DNA from: Nemertoderma westbladi
Lineage: Eukaryota > Animalia > Xenacoelomorpha
Assembly: GCA_032718475.1 (NCBI GenBank)
Contig: JAUCBJ010006628.1
Coordinates: forward strand, 1-64,000
DNA length: 64,000 nt
Reading direction: 5' to 3'
The notes beneath the pieces are model-generated. The model did no database searches, was not told the DNA's origin, and was given only the letters and a program-made list of their open reading frames with translations. The position numbers and the translations under genes are program-made. Below, piece after piece: positions 63,192 through 64,000 of this stretch. The first letter of the stretch is position 1. The number at the start of each line of letters is the position of its first letter.

Positions 63192-64000
63192 ATGAGTGTC
63201 TCAGACAAAGAGGCACTAGAGGACAGCTATGAGACGGCGGCCGGACCGCCGACTGACGATAGCGTAAATATTACTGTTGATGACAATGCCGACTATGACG
63301 ACGCAGCGAGCGACGCTGACGTAAGTGAACAGGAGGACGAGACAGTGACTAGTGAGGAAGAACAGCAGCCTCAGGTAATAGTATTAGGACCCCCTACCGC
63401 TACTGATAGGAAGGACTGTACGGCAGCCCGGACAGAGGTGAGTGATAGGGAGGGTAGTGTAGTAGAAGCGAGAGCCCGGAGCCCGGTTTCCAGACCTGTG
63501 GGTATGGTAAGTGCCGTGGTCCCGACGGCTGTTAGGAGTACCCGTAGTTCCCGAAATAATCCTTCAAGTCCACCGAGCGTAAGTCAGGTGAGCGAGAGAG
63601 AACTTGATATCGCGATAAAGAAGAAACTTCGCGCGCATGCCGGACATATAACTCGGACGGCGGACAAGGTAAGGAAGATGTTAGCTGATTCAGCGAACAT
63701 CGGGAGGGTAGAGTTAGTAGAGATTAGAAGAGGATATAACTCAGCGTTATTCAAGCAGACGGAGGAGCTTGCAGTCCTAGCGAAGAAGGCAGTAGAGTCT
63801 CAGTCGAGCGACGTAGCAACGAGGATTTACGACAGGGTTTTAGCAGCCTTGTTAGAGCACCGCGAGTTATCGGAGCGATTCCGACGAGTTAGGACAGAGA
63901 ACTGGCTGCTATGGGCATCACAAGCGCAGGCGACTCAGGTGAGTGACGCAGAGTTAAGAGACTTAGTGGAGCGGGAAGAGATCCAAGATAAGGAAGAGCG
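63192..64000 (+). CDS. Gag-like ORF of the BEL/Pao element, open to the window end (absent from the ORF track)
   Basis: ATG at 63192 and at least 269 stop-free codons: acidic N-terminus MSVSDKEALEDSYE..., then KKKLRAHAGHITR and a helical region similar to BEL gag N-termini. Confidence 0.7.
   Translation, partial: MSVSDKEALEDSYETAAGPPTDDSVNITVDDNADYDDAASDADVSEQEDETVTSEEEQQPQVIVLGPPTATDRKDCTAARTEVSDREGSVVEARARSPVSRPVGMVSAVVPTAVRSTRSSRNNPSSPPSVSQVSERELDIAIKKKLRAHAGHITRTADKVRKMLADSANIGRVELVEIRRGYNSALFKQTEELAVLAKKAVESQSSDVATRIYDRVLAALLEHRELSERFRRVRTENWLLWASQAQATQVSDAELRDLVEREEIQDKEE

Larger units (their letters stand above)
59673..64000 (+). mobile_element. 5' part of a young BEL/Pao-like LTR retrotransposon (LTR/long leader and gag)
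   Basis: Starts TGTTAC at the RTE breakpoint; TATA-like CTATAAAT near 60248; leader homologous to the BEL relic at about 26800-27290; gag-like ORF from 63192; LTR end and PBS not resolved. Confidence 0.7.

Overview
AT-rich eukaryotic DNA, probably from an invertebrate animal: it has spliceosomal introns, and most of it is transposon-derived. The ORF track hides the main host content, which is two tandem paralogues of a secreted protein gene on the + strand. Copy 1 has exons at 1167-1283, 4668-4743, probably 21489-21524, and 40356-41791; its signal-peptide exon would lie upstream of the window. Copy 2 has exons at 50352-50453 (signal peptide), 55704-55817 and 57772-57847 and continues past the window. 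The combined architecture is signal peptide, a fast-diverging N-terminal segment ending in RxxR, four LDL-receptor class A repeats and a divergent fibrinogen-like (FReD) domain. The introns hold nested transposons. One intron carries a four-level stack (pogo-like MITE > L2/CR1-group LINE > GG-ended MITE > hAT). Others hold a LINE hit by two RTE copies and a Kolobok-like MITE, BEL/Pao, Gypsy and Penelope relics, an hATm element, a foldback element and several minisatellites. tRNA-derived SINEs are also present. All calls come from manual reading; no database searches were run.
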